A stretch of 64,000 nt of DNA from an uncultured Acidobacteriota bacterium (GTDB lineage: Bacteria; Acidobacteriota; JAQAZP01), in contig CAWIIB010000001.1 in the NCBI GenBank assembly GCA_963836075.1, positions 512,001 to 576,000 on the forward strand, written 5' to 3'. Positions 1-9,681 of the stretch are shown in pieces (the stretch's first letter is position 1; each line of letters starts with the position of its first letter). Below the pieces are notes generated by a model. The model ran no database searches. It was not told the DNA's origin and worked only from the letters and a program-made list of their open reading frames with translations. A program made the position numbers and the translations under genes.

Positions 1-760
1 CAAAGATGATCGCGGCGTAGCGCACGCCGATGATGTAGCCCAGGCCGAGAATCGCCGCCGAGGTGTTCATGGAGAAGACCGCCTTGGCCTTGTGGGTCAG
101 CGGCCCGCAAAAGCCGATCATGGCTGTGGTGAAGTCCTCCTTCCAGGCGTGCATCGAAACGGCGAGGAAGTCGTAGATCCCGCCCACGAGCGCGGCGATC
201 ACCAGCACTATGGCCTGGCGGCCGCCGCTCTCCCCGGCCATCAGGATCTCGGTGGTGGCCGTGCCCTCGGGGAAGGGCAGCTGGCCGTGCATGTCGGCGA
301 CGAAGTAGCGTCGGAAGGGGATGAGGAAGAGCACGCCCAGCACGCAGCCGAAGAAGGGCACCACGAAGAGCTGGAACGGGCTGGTCAAATGGTCGATGCC
401 CAGGACGTAGAGCGCGGGCAGGGTGAACACCGCGCCGGCCACAACAATACCCGAGGTGGCGCCGATGACGATGACGTTGACGTTCTGCAGCAGGGGTGAG
501 CGGAGCTTGGCCAGGGTGGAGTAGCCGATGGCCAGAATCGCGATAGGTATCGCAGTTTCTATGCCTTGGCCGACCTTGAGGGCGAGATACGCGGCCGCGG
601 CGGAGAAGAGCACGGCCATGATGATCCCGTAGGTGATGGTATATGGCGTCACCTCGCGGACCCTGGCATCCGCCGGCACCACCGGCCGGTACACTTCCCC
701 TTCTGCAAGCTCTCTGAACGCGTTTTCCGGCAGTCCGGTCCCGCCCTTGTTCTCGTCCAT
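1..760 (-). CDS. OPT/YSL-family oligopeptide (or metal-chelate) transporter, truncated by the window edge
   Basis: Not in the ORF track because it runs off the window. Manual translation from ATG at 760 gives MDENKGGTGLPENAFRELAEGEVYRPVVPADARVREVTPYTITYGIIMAVLFSAAAAYLALKVGQGIETAIPIAILAIG..., the LPENAF...Y.P...E.T...AYL.LK.G...AIPIAI N-terminus typical of bacterial OPT proteins. Confidence 0.85.
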   Translation of the reverse strand, partial: MDENKGGTGLPENAFRELAEGEVYRPVVPADARVREVTPYTITYGIIMAVLFSAAAAYLALKVGQGIETAIPIAILAIGYSTLAKLRSPLLQNVNVIVIGATSGIVVAGAVFTLPALYVLGIDHLTSPFQLFVVPFFGCVLGVLFLIPFRRYFVADMHGQLPFPEGTATTEILMAGESGGRQAIVLVIAALVGGIYDFLAVSMHAWKEDFTTAMIGFCGPLTHKAKAVFSMNTSAAILGLGYIIGVRYAAIIF

Positions 761-763
761 TTG

Positions 764-2038
764 CTACTCTCCAGATGGTGTGGTGTCCGCTGCCGGCGGC
801 ACGGTGATCTCCCCGGCCAGGGCCGACGCCGCCACGGTTGCCGGGCTGGCCAGGTATGTCTCGCCGCTTCCCTGCTGTCCCCGGTGATTGCGGTTTGCCG
901 TGCTGATCAGCACCTCCCCCTGTCCGCTGACCCCGGCCTGTCCCGGGGCGCATCCGCCGCAGCCGGGATTGCGGATCACCGCACCGGCGTCAAAGAGGGT
1001 GCGCAGGGTGCCGTTGGTCCATTGCCGGCCGAAGACGCCGGCCGTTGACGGGATCACGGTGAGCACTCCCCGGGTGTGGATCTTACGCTTCCCCACAACC
1101 CGGGCCGCCAGCTCCAGGTCCGAGTCCCGTCCGTTGGTGCATGAACCGATGAACGAGGAGTCGATGGGTGTGCCGGCCACCGATTCCACATCCACCACCC
1201 GGGCAGGACCGCCGGGCAGGGCGATCTTCGGTGCCAGTCCCTCCAGATCCACTTCGATGGTGTCAGCATGGGCGGCATCGGGGTCGGGTTCGAAAAGACG
1301 GGGGGTGCGGTCCGGCCCCGCTTTGCGGAGTTGAGCCAGCAGGCTGTCAGAAGGCCTGATCCAGGCGGTGACCCCGCTCATCTCGGTGGTCATGCTGGCC
1401 AGGGTGATCCGCTCATCGAGATCAAGCGATTCAACCGCCGCACCGCGATACTCGATGGCCCGGCCGGCGGCACCGCCGGCCCCCACCACCCGGACGATCT
1501 CGAGAGCGATGTCCTTGGCCGTGGCCCGGGGACCGGGACGGCCGTGCCCCTGTACCACCATGGTCTGGGGCACCGTGATCCGGGCCCTGCCGGTACGGAA
1601 GGCCACGGCCACGGCTTCGGGATCCAGCCCCAGGCCCAGCGCGCCCACGGCGCCGAGGATGTTGAGGTGACTGTCGGTGCCCACAACAGTGTCACCGGGG
1701 ATGACCAGCCCCTCGTCGATGTCGATGTGGGTGCCGATGCCGCGGTTGACGTCGAAGACAGTGATCCCCTGCTCCCGGGCGAAACGGCGGCAGAGCTGCT
1801 GGGCCGTGGGCTCCCCTTCCCCCCCGGAGCCGGAACAGTCGAAGGTAAAACAGGTGCGGGAGGCGTCGTCCACCTGCTCCCCGGGATACTCCCGCCGGAA
1901 ATACTCCACCACTCCGGCGCCGCCGGCGTCACGGGCGGTGCGCAGGTCGATGTCGATCCACACCTCGTCCCCCGCCCCTGCGTCCATTCCGGCGTGGGCC
2001 GTGATCAGCTTCTCGATATATGTCATCCCCATGGTCAT
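764..2038 (-). CDS. Aconitase-family hydro-lyase large subunit (LeuC/HacA-like)
   Basis: GIGTH, VGTDSH, FIGSCTNGR, PGCGGC and STANRN..G.QG..ETYLASPATVAASA motifs; three [4Fe-4S] Cys ligands; no swivel domain. Confidence 0.85.
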   Translation of the reverse strand: MTMGMTYIEKLITAHAGMDAGAGDEVWIDIDLRTARDAGGAGVVEYFRREYPGEQVDDASRTCFTFDCSGSGGEGEPTAQQLCRRFAREQGITVFDVNRGIGTHIDIDEGLVIPGDTVVGTDSHLNILGAVGALGLGLDPEAVAVAFRTGRARITVPQTMVVQGHGRPGPRATAKDIALEIVRVVGAGGAAGRAIEYRGAAVESLDLDERITLASMTTEMSGVTAWIRPSDSLLAQLRKAGPDRTPRLFEPDPDAAHADTIEVDLEGLAPKIALPGGPARVVDVESVAGTPIDSSFIGSCTNGRDSDLELAARVVGKRKIHTRGVLTVIPSTAGVFGRQWTNGTLRTLFDAGAVIRNPGCGGCAPGQAGVSGQGEVLISTANRNHRGQQGSGETYLASPATVAASALAGEITVPPAADTTPSGE

Positions 2039-2086
2039 CTATCCTGGGGGAGATGATGCCCGGCGGTCAAGCCGCCGGCCGCCGGA

Positions 2087-4613
2087 TCACTGGCCGGCAG
2101 CCTTTGACATGTCCAGGTAGCGGTAGATATCCGCCTCGTTGCCCGCGATCTTCTCCGCGTATACCTTCATATATTCGTCGGGCGTGGGGATCCGCCCGAG
2201 CAGGGCGCAGACCGCGGCCAGTTCGGCACTGCCGAGGAAGACCTGGGCCCCGTCTCCGAGGCGGTTGTCGAAGTTGCGCGTGGAGGTGGAGAAGACCACC
2301 GCGTTGTCCTCCACCCGGGCCTGGTTGCCCATGCAGAGCGAGCAGCCGGGGATCTCCACCCGGGCTCCGCTCTGCTGCAGGGTGGCGAACACCCCCTCCC
2401 CTTCCAGCTGGTCGCGGTCCATGTATGTGGGGGGTGTGATCCAGAGCCGCTTCACCGCCGCGCTGGAGCCGCCGAGGATGCGGGCCGCGGCACGGAAGTG
2501 GCCGATGTTGGTCATGCAGGAGCCGATGAACACCTCGTCGATCTCCCGGCCGGCGATCTCGCTGAGCAGCTTGACGTCGTCAGGGTCGTTGGGACAGGCC
2601 ACGATCGGCTCGGTGATCGAGGCCAGGTCGATGTCGATGGTGGCGGCGTACTCGGCGTTGTCATCGCGGGAGAGCAGCTGCGGGTCGGCCAGCCAGGCAT
2701 TCATGGCATCCACCCGGCGCTGGAGCGCCTCGCGGTCCTGGTAGCCGTTGGCGATCAGCTGCTCGAGGAGCGCGGCGTTCGAGCGCAGGAAGGTCTGCAC
2801 CGGCTCGAGATCCAGGGCGATGGTGCCGGCGGCGGCCGATCGCTCGGCGGTGGCGTCGGTGAGCTCGAAGGCCTGCTCCACTGAGAGGTGCGGCATCCCC
2901 TCGATCTCAACCACCCGGCCGTTGAAGACATTCTTCTTGTTCTTTTTCGGCACCGTGAGCAGCCCCTGCTCGATGGCGAACCATGGAATGGCGTTGACCA
3001 CGTCGCGCAGGGCGATGCCGCGGCCCAGCTCACCGGTGAGCTTGACCAGCACCGATTCGGGCATCTCCAGCGGCATGAAGCCCAGGGCCCCGGCAAAGGC
3101 CACCAGGCCCGATCCGGCCGGGAAAGAGACCCCCATGGGGAAGCGGGTGTGGCTGTCGCCGCCGGTGCCCACGGTGTCGGGCAGGATCATGCGGTTGATC
3201 CAGGAGTGGATCACCCCGTCACCCGGCTTGAGCGCCACGCCGCCCCGCTCCTGGATGAAGCCGGGGAGGTTGGCGTGCATCTTCTTGTCGATCTCCCGGG
3301 GGTAGGCCGCGGTGTGGCAGAACGACTGCATGAAAAGGTCGGACTGGAATTTGAGGCAGGCCAGCTCCTTGATCTCGTCGGCGGTCATCGGCCCGGTGGT
3401 GTCCTGGGAACCCACGGTGGTCATCTTCGGCAGGCAGGCCGACCCGGGGTGCAGGCCCTCGGTGCCGCAGGCCTGGCCTACAATCTTCTGGGCCAGGGTG
3501 AAGCCGACACCGTCTTTTACGACGGTGGGAGCGGTGGCAAAGGTCTCGGCCGGGCCCATGCCCAGCGCCTGCCGCGCCCGTTCGGTGAGCTGGCGGCCGA
3601 TGATCAGCGGCACCCGGCCGCCGGCGCGGTATTCGTCCAGCAGGGTCTCGGGGCGGATGTCGAAACGGGAGATAAGCTCGCCGTTCTCACTGCTCACCGT
3701 GCCCTCTGCCGGCCGCACCACGATGACCTGGCCCGTGGAGAGGCCGGTGACATCGCACTGTAACGGCAGGGCGCCGGAGTCCTCGGCGGTGTTGAAGAAG
3801 ATCGGGGCGATGACGCCGCCGATGATCAGGCCGCCGGTGCGCTTGTTCGGCACGTGGGGGATGTCACGGCCGATGTGCCAGATCACCGAGTTGCAGGCCG
3901 ATTTGCGGGAGGAGCCGGTGCCGAGGACGTCGCCCACGAAGGCCACCGGCAGGTCGCCCTGGCGGAGGCGGGTGATCTCGTCGATGCCGCCGGGGAAGCG
4001 CGTCTCGCCCATGGCCATGGCGTGGAGCGGGATATCGGGGCGGGTGGGGGCGTGTTTGGCCGGGGAGAAGTCGTCGGTGTTGGTCTCGCCATCCACCTTG
4101 TAGACCACGGCCCTGATCTCGTCCGGCACGACGGGACGGCCGGTGAACCAGCGCGCATTGGCCCACGATTCGAATCACGCCACGGGCCAGGGCATTGCCC
4201 TTCCCGGAGAGGGCCAGCACCTCGTCGAAGGCGTCGAAGACAAAGAGCGTGCCGCCCAGGACCGCTGCCGCCGCGTCGCCAAGGGTGTCGCTACCAAGCA
4301 GGCCGATCAGCTGGGGCACGTTGTATCCGCCCAGCATGGTTCCCAGCAGGCGCACCGCCTCTTCGGGGGTAACCAGCGGTGAACTCTTCTCGCCCCGGGC
4401 CAGCTGGCCGAGATACGCGGCCTTGACCTGGGCTGCCGGGTCGACACCGGGCGGCACCCGGTCGCTGAGCAGTGACAGCAGGAGCTCTTCTCGACCGGAT
4501 GGCGGTGCGGCCAGCAGTTCACAGACTTCGGCGGTCTGCTCGGCGCTCAGCGGCAAAGGGGGGACTCCCAGCGATTTACGTTGTTCGACCTGTTCCAGAT
4601 ACTGCTCGATCAT
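2087..4613 (-). CDS. acnB: Aconitate hydratase B / 2-methylisocitrate dehydratase, split by a +1 frameshift near 4170
   Basis: ORF 3864..4613 encodes the AcnB N-terminal HEAT domain ([13 protein letters not shown]..., [17 protein letters not shown]). ORF 2087..4129 encodes the rest ([65 protein letters not shown]). Removing one base at about 4169 restores ...[17 protein letters not shown].... Confidence 0.93.
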
Positions 4614-4658
4614 TGTGCGCTTCTCCCGGCATATTGGTGTGCAAATAATGACCGGCCT

Positions 4659-4686
4659 ATTATGATCTGCTGAGAAATTCAGTCAA
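4659..4686 (-). promoter_or_regulatory. Candidate sigma70 promoter for acnB
   Basis: Minus strand TTGACT-16 nt-CATAAT about 45 nt upstream of the acnB ATG. Confidence 0.45.
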
Positions 4687-4692
4687 GCCGCG

Positions 4693-4838
4693 ATGAAATT
4701 GGGGACAGCTACCTATTTCATTGGTACAATTTCATAAATCTGGCATTATGGCGGCCTGATGAAAGTAGGTACAGTTACTACTTCTTAATGGTGGTGCCCA
4801 TTGCATAAGCAATAACAGTAGCAACTGTGCCTAATTTC
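4693..4838. repeat. Cluster of three short hairpin repeats (core GG[GTC]ACAGYTRCY), REP-like
   Basis: atgaaattggggacagctacctatttcat (4693-4721), aagtaggtacagttactactt (about 4763-4783) and reverse-oriented tagcaactgtgccta (about 4819-4833) in an AT-rich intergenic gap; the same core occurs at 11534-11701. Confidence 0.6.
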
Positions 4839-4875
4839 CAAAAAACAGGTAAACGTCCCCAATATATGGTTCAGC

Positions 4876-5784
4876 ATGACCTACGACACAAATCTCATTG
4901 TCATTCTCGGTGCGACGGCCACGGGGAAGACTTCTGTGGCGGTGGCCGTGGCCCGTGCTCTGGGCGGAGAGATCATCTCCGCAGATTCGCGGCAGGTCTT
5001 CCGGGGCATGGACATCGGCACCGGCAAGGACATTGAGGAATACGGCGAGGTCCCCCACCACCTGATCGATATCGCCAATCCCGGAGAGGAATACAGTGTT
5101 TTCAGGTTCCAGCGGGAGTTTTTCGAGGCCTACGAGGCCCTCCGTGCGCGTGGCAGAATGCCGGTTTGCGCCGGGGGCACCGGGATGTATCTGGAAGCTG
5201 TGCTGCGTGGCTACCGGCTGGTGGAGGTCCCTGAGAACCCCACCCTGCGCACCGAGCTGGACCAGCTGAGCACTGAAGAGCTGGCCGAACGGCTGACCAG
5301 GCTCAAGCCGGAACAGCACAACACCACCGACCTGCTGCTGCGCCCGAGGCTGATCCGAGCCATCGAGATCGCCGAGGGGGAAGCCGCTGCCGGCGACCCG
5401 GAGCCGCTGCCCGACTTACGGCCCATGGTCTTTGGCCTCCGCTGGCCGCGGGAGCAGGTGCGGCAGCGGATCACCCGCAGGCTGAAGCAGCGGCTGGACC
5501 AGGGGATGATCGAGGAGGTCGAGCGGCTGCTGGCCGGCGGCGTCGCCCACGGCAGCCTGGAGTTCTACGGCCTGGAATACCGCTTCCTGTCGCGGATGCT
5601 GCGGGGCGAACTGACCCGCGAGGAGATGTTCAAGCAGCTGAACACGGCGATCCACAAGTTCGCCAAGCGGCAGGAGACCTGGTTCCGGCGCATGGAGAAG
5701 CGGGGGACGAAGATCTGCTGGGTGGATGGCAACCGCGACCCCTCAGCCGCGATCCTCGCCGCCCTGGGTGCCACCGGCCACTGA
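4876..5784 (+). CDS. miaA: tRNA dimethylallyltransferase
   Basis: GATATGKT P-loop, IISADSRQVFRGMDIGTGK, PHHLIDI, GGTGMY, FAKRQETWFR. Confidence 0.96.
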   Translation: MTYDTNLIVILGATATGKTSVAVAVARALGGEIISADSRQVFRGMDIGTGKDIEEYGEVPHHLIDIANPGEEYSVFRFQREFFEAYEALRARGRMPVCAGGTGMYLEAVLRGYRLVEVPENPTLRTELDQLSTEELAERLTRLKPEQHNTTDLLLRPRLIRAIEIAEGEAAAGDPEPLPDLRPMVFGLRWPREQVRQRITRRLKQRLDQGMIEEVERLLAGGVAHGSLEFYGLEYRFLSRMLRGELTREEMFKQLNTAIHKFAKRQETWFRRMEKRGTKICWVDGNRDPSAAILAALGATGH

Positions 5785-5801
5785 CTCCTGGTCTCCCTCG
5801 T

Positions 5802-6980
5802 TTACGGTTTCCGCGGCAGAAACCAGGGATCGACATCACATCTGTCATACGGGTGGTTATCTTCGTGAGCGCAATAGGCCACGACGAAACTGATATCCCC
5901 GTTTGCCGTCAGGCTCGGCTCACCCACGCCCGCAATGAAGCCTGAATTGTCGGTGATGACTCCCGGGGCGATTACGAGTTCGGGCACGCCCCAGTTTTCG
6001 AATTCGTCCCTGGAGAGATGTTTGCTGCGGAATATGGACATCAGGCCCAACCTGTCCGAGACAAAGTATAGCCATTGATCATCGCCGTCCCGCCAGTAAT
6101 GTCCATGCATATCATGGGAGCCGGAGTTGATGGGTTTTTTAAAGTAACGTGGAAGATCCCAGGTCAACCCATTGTCATGGCTCATGGAATATTTGATCCT
6201 CGTCACCGGGTCATCCTGGCCGTGGTTGTCATAGATGAGCAGCAGTGTATTCGCATCCAATCTTTCCAGTTGCGGGTTGGCTTCCTGACCCATGGTGTTG
6301 ATTGGCGCCGGCATGGGGATATCCACACCGAACGGCGGGTTGTGCTTCACGCCCCTCGCCCAGAAAAGGTCATTCTGACTGTTCCCCATTGATCTCGAAT
6401 ATACGATATCAATCGTGCCGTCCTGATTGTCGATGGAATGAAAACCTCCGTCATAGCTGGCCGGGTTTGAAACGTTGGCGATCTGCCAGGGACCAAAAAC
6501 CCCGGTAACTGACGACCGGGTTGACCAGGCAATGTCGCTGTGGATAACAATGGGACAACCCCACGGATTCGTCTTGAAGTCCATCGTCATCTGGGGGCCT
6601 CGAAAAAAAGGCTGGATCTCCTCGACTTCGCGGCAACCGGGATTGACGGCTATGAACTCGATGTATTTGAACAAATCGAGAGGGACGTAGAAGGCGTAGA
6701 GGTGGAGTCCATCCCGGCTCATGAAAAGGCCGTCCTCCCACCCCAGCGTGTTGTTGCCCTGAATGTATGGCGTTCCATACTCATCAGGCAGGGCGACTTC
6801 AGGCATCGCGTTAGCCTTGATCGCCTCCCAGTCAGGACGGGCTGGTCCATTATCATCGGCGGCCCACACCGCGGCTGAAAACCCCTGCATTGCGCCCAAG
6901 GCGCCAAACACTGTCAGAATGCTGCAAGCCACAAATTGTCCTGATTTCATCGACAAACCCTCCAGTGAAACCCTGCGCAT
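5802..6980 (-). CDS. Secreted hypothetical protein, probable beta-propeller with an Asp-box/BNR motif
   Basis: Signal-peptide-like N-terminus (...FSAAVWA), Asp-box YSMSHDNGLTW, PD40-like segments (PAPINT...EANP, LYFVSDR, GEPSLTANG). Lower GC and different codon use from its neighbours. Start may be 6950. Confidence 0.6.
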   Translation of the reverse strand: MRRVSLEGLSMKSGQFVACSILTVFGALGAMQGFSAAVWAADDNGPARPDWEAIKANAMPEVALPDEYGTPYIQGNNTLGWEDGLFMSRDGLHLYAFYVPLDLFKYIEFIAVNPGCREVEEIQPFFRGPQMTMDFKTNPWGCPIVIHSDIAWSTRSSVTGVFGPWQIANVSNPASYDGGFHSIDNQDGTIDIVYSRSMGNSQNDLFWARGVKHNPPFGVDIPMPAPINTMGQEANPQLERLDANTLLLIYDNHGQDDPVTRIKYSMSHDNGLTWDLPRYFKKPINSGSHDMHGHYWRDGDDQWLYFVSDRLGLMSIFRSKHLSRDEFENWGVPELVIAPGVITDNSGFIAGVGEPSLTANGDISFVVAYCAHEDNHPYDRCDVDPWFLPRKP

Positions 6981-6990
6981 CTTTGTGCCC

Positions 6991-7761
6991 TCAGCCGCTG
7001 GCCCCAGCAACTATCTTCCACGCCACCAGGGCCAGGGCGTGGTGCACGTTCATGGAACGCTTGAAGCCCTGCATGGGGATGGTGACGATCTCGCCGCAGC
7101 AACCCCGAACCTCACGGGCCAGGCCGTAGGTCTCGTTGCCCAGGACCAGGACGGCTGATTCGGGCGGGTTCCACAGGTGCAGCGGTACGGCATCCGGGTC
7201 GTTCTCCACCCCCACCACAGGACGATCAGCCTGCCGCAGATACCCGGGCAGGTCCTCCTCGCAACGCACCGGTATCCAGTGCTCGCAGCCCCGGGCGGCC
7301 CGGCGCAGCCTCGGGTGGTCCAGGCGCAACCAGGGCGAAGCGTGCACCAGCCCCTCCAGGCCGAAGTTGTCGATCAGCCGCAGCACGGAACCGACGTTGA
7401 ACGGGCTGCGCACCTGGTCCAGGGCCACCCCAACCGGAAAGCGCGGCTCCCAGGAGACGGCTCGTTCCACGTTTTCCAGCGGTCCCTCGTTTTCCTCCGG
7501 GGCCCCCAGACGGAGGTGAAAGCCGGCGTATTCATCCAGCGCCTCCAGCGGATTCAGCCATGACGGCGCAATGAAACTGTCCAGTTCGGACCAGGAGTGC
7601 ATGAGCCGGTAGCGCTGGTGAAAGTCATCGACGATCCCCGGCGTCCCCTCCCCTGCCGCTTTCTGGGCATCCACGGCCAACTCAGCCAGCAGGCGGTGCT
7701 GTGCGGCGGAGGAAAGCTTGCTGAATTTGCGCTGCCCCACTGTCCATGCCGATTTCTCCAT
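6991..7761 (-). CDS. TrmH/SpoU-family RNA methyltransferase with an N-terminal extension
   Basis: LDQVRSPFNVGSVLR, LVLGNETYGL, IPMQGFKRSMNV SPOUT motifs. The start is probably MEKSAW (ggag RBS) rather than the 8595 start in the ORF track. Confidence 0.85.
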   Translation of the reverse strand: MEKSAWTVGQRKFSKLSSAAQHRLLAELAVDAQKAAGEGTPGIVDDFHQRYRLMHSWSELDSFIAPSWLNPLEALDEYAGFHLRLGAPEENEGPLENVERAVSWEPRFPVGVALDQVRSPFNVGSVLRLIDNFGLEGLVHASPWLRLDHPRLRRAARGCEHWIPVRCEEDLPGYLRQADRPVVGVENDPDAVPLHLWNPPESAVLVLGNETYGLAREVRGCCGEIVTIPMQGFKRSMNVHHALALVAWKIVAGASG

Positions 7762-7881
7762 CCCTGCTCCTCCGTCGATGCCTGCTGTGCTCCTCCGGGC
7801 CACCATACCACCTCTGTCCCAGGGGTCCAATATCCCGTTTGATTGACTCTCTCCGGCCCTCCTGCATATCATGGGCTCCTG

Positions 7882-9660
7882 ATGATTAATGGTAAAACCA
7901 TCATCGCCGGAGCCGGCCCGGCCGGTTTGACCGCGGCCCACCTTCTGGTGCGCAGCGGAAATCAGCCGCTGCTGCTGGAACAGCGTGACCGGGTGGGCGG
8001 TATCGCCTGCACTGAGGAGTACAAAGGGTTCCTTTTCGACATGGGCGGTCACCGCTTCTTCTCCCGGCGCGCCGCGCCGCAGGAGATCTGGGACGAACTG
8101 CTGGGTGACGACTTCCTGACCCGCGAACGGCTCTCCCGCATCTTCTACCAGGGCAGCTTCTTCGACTACCCGCTGCGCGCCTGGAACGCCCTGGCCGGCA
8201 TCGGCCCGGCAGGGGCCATGGCCGTGACAGCCAGCTATCTGCGCTGGCGCATCTTCCCCTACGAGAATGTGGAAACCTTCGAGCAGTGGGTCACCAACCG
8301 CTTCGGCCGCAAGCTGTTCAACACCTTCTTCAAGAGCTACACCGAAAAGGTCTGGGGCATCCCCTGCGACCAGCTGCAGGCCGAGTGGGCGGCCCAGCGG
8401 ATCCGCGATCTCTCGCTGCGCAAGGCGATCCTCGGCATGTTCACCCCGGAGCAGAACCGGGCGCGGACGCTGATCGACAGTTTCCGCTACCCCCGCCGCG
8501 GCCCGGGCATGCTCTGGGAGGCGATGCAGCGCTCGGTGGAGGCCGGCGGCGGCACGGTGCGGCTGGGCTCCCGGGTGGAGGCCGTCCACCACCACCAGGG
8601 CCGGGTCACCGGGGTGACGGTGCAGCGCAATGGCACCACGGAAGAACTGCCCGCGGAACAGCTGATCAGCAGCCTGCCGGTGACCTCGCTGGTCAAACGG
8701 CTACACCCTGCCCCGCCGCCTGAAGTGCTGGGGGCCGCGGACCGCCTGAAGTATCGCGATTTTCTCACGGTCTGCCTCATCGTGGACCAGGAGGACGTCT
8801 TCCCCGACCAGTGGATCTACGTTCACGATCCCGGGGTGCGCATGGGGCGGATCCAGAACTACCGCAACTGGAGCCCCGAGATGTGCCCCGAGACGGGACG
8901 CACCGGGCTGGGCCTGGAGTATTTCTGCAACAAGGGGGACGATCTCTGGTCCATGCCGGACGACGAGCTGGTGGCGCTGGGCACGACTGAGCTGGACGGT
9001 ATGGGACTGGTACCCGAGGAGTTGGTCAGCGACGCCACGGTCTACCGGGTGCCCAAGGCCTACCCGGTGTATGACACCGGATACGCCGGGGCGCTGGATG
9101 TGCTGCGCGTGTATCTCGAACGATTCCAGAACCTGCAGACCATCGGCCGCAACGGCCTGTTCCGTTACAACAACATGGATCACTCCATGCTCACCGCCAT
9201 GGTGGCCGTTGACCGGCTGGGCGACGGCGGCAGCGGAAACGTCTGGAGCATCAACGATGAGCAGACCTATCACGAGTCGGGCCCGCGGGAAGCGGATGAC
9301 GAGGGTGAGCAGTCCATGGCCATGGCCCTGGAATCGGTGTTCCAGCGGCTGGACAGCGTGGCCCTGGGCGGCGCCCTGGGCCTGATGGGCGGCGCACTGA
9401 TTTTTCTGCTGACGCTGCTACAGCTGATCCTGGGCGGCGGCGGTGAATTGGCCCCGCTGAACCTGCTGAGCCAGTATCTCCCGGGATTCAACGTGTCGGC
9501 CTTCGGGTCGCTGCTGGGGCTGTTCTATGGTGCGGTGGCAGGTTTCGTCCTCGGCTGGTCCGTGGCCACCATGAGGAACATCGTCACCGCCCTGGTCTGG
9601 ATGGGGCTGGGTTTCAAGGCCGGAAGACCGTTTGGCGGCACGTTTCTGGATTACATCTGA
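7882..9660 (+). CDS. FAD-dependent oxidoreductase (UDP-galactopyranose mutase/protoporphyrinogen oxidase-like) with a C-terminal membrane domain
   Basis: IAGAGPAGL Rossmann motif, FDMGGHRFFS, YTEKVWG, WAAQRI, GRNGLFRYNNMDHSM; hydrophobic C-terminal segment of about 100 aa. Confidence 0.8.
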   Translation: MINGKTIIAGAGPAGLTAAHLLVRSGNQPLLLEQRDRVGGIACTEEYKGFLFDMGGHRFFSRRAAPQEIWDELLGDDFLTRERLSRIFYQGSFFDYPLRAWNALAGIGPAGAMAVTASYLRWRIFPYENVETFEQWVTNRFGRKLFNTFFKSYTEKVWGIPCDQLQAEWAAQRIRDLSLRKAILGMFTPEQNRARTLIDSFRYPRRGPGMLWEAMQRSVEAGGGTVRLGSRVEAVHHHQGRVTGVTVQRNGTTEELPAEQLISSLPVTSLVKRLHPAPPPEVLGAADRLKYRDFLTVCLIVDQEDVFPDQWIYVHDPGVRMGRIQNYRNWSPEMCPETGRTGLGLEYFCNKGDDLWSMPDDELVALGTTELDGMGLVPEELVSDATVYRVPKAYPVYDTGYAGALDVLRVYLERFQNLQTIGRNGLFRYNNMDHSMLTAMVAVDRLGDGGSGNVWSINDEQTYHESGPREADDEGEQSMAMALESVFQRLDSVALGGALGLMGGALIFLLTLLQLILGGGGELAPLNLLSQYLPGFNVSAFGSLLGLFYGAVAGFVLGWSVATMRNIVTALVWMGLGFKAGRPFGGTFLDYI

Positions 9661-9681
9661 ACCACCGCACCGGAGGGACCG

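Noticed and set aside
4160-4180. Programmed ribosomal frameshifting in acnB
   Set aside because: No slippery heptamer or homopolymer run at the site; a single-base indel explains it more simply.
7762-8595. 534-aa version of the TrmH ORF
   Set aside because: The upstream part overlaps the oppositely oriented FAD oxidoreductase; a start at 7761 with an RBS is more plausible.
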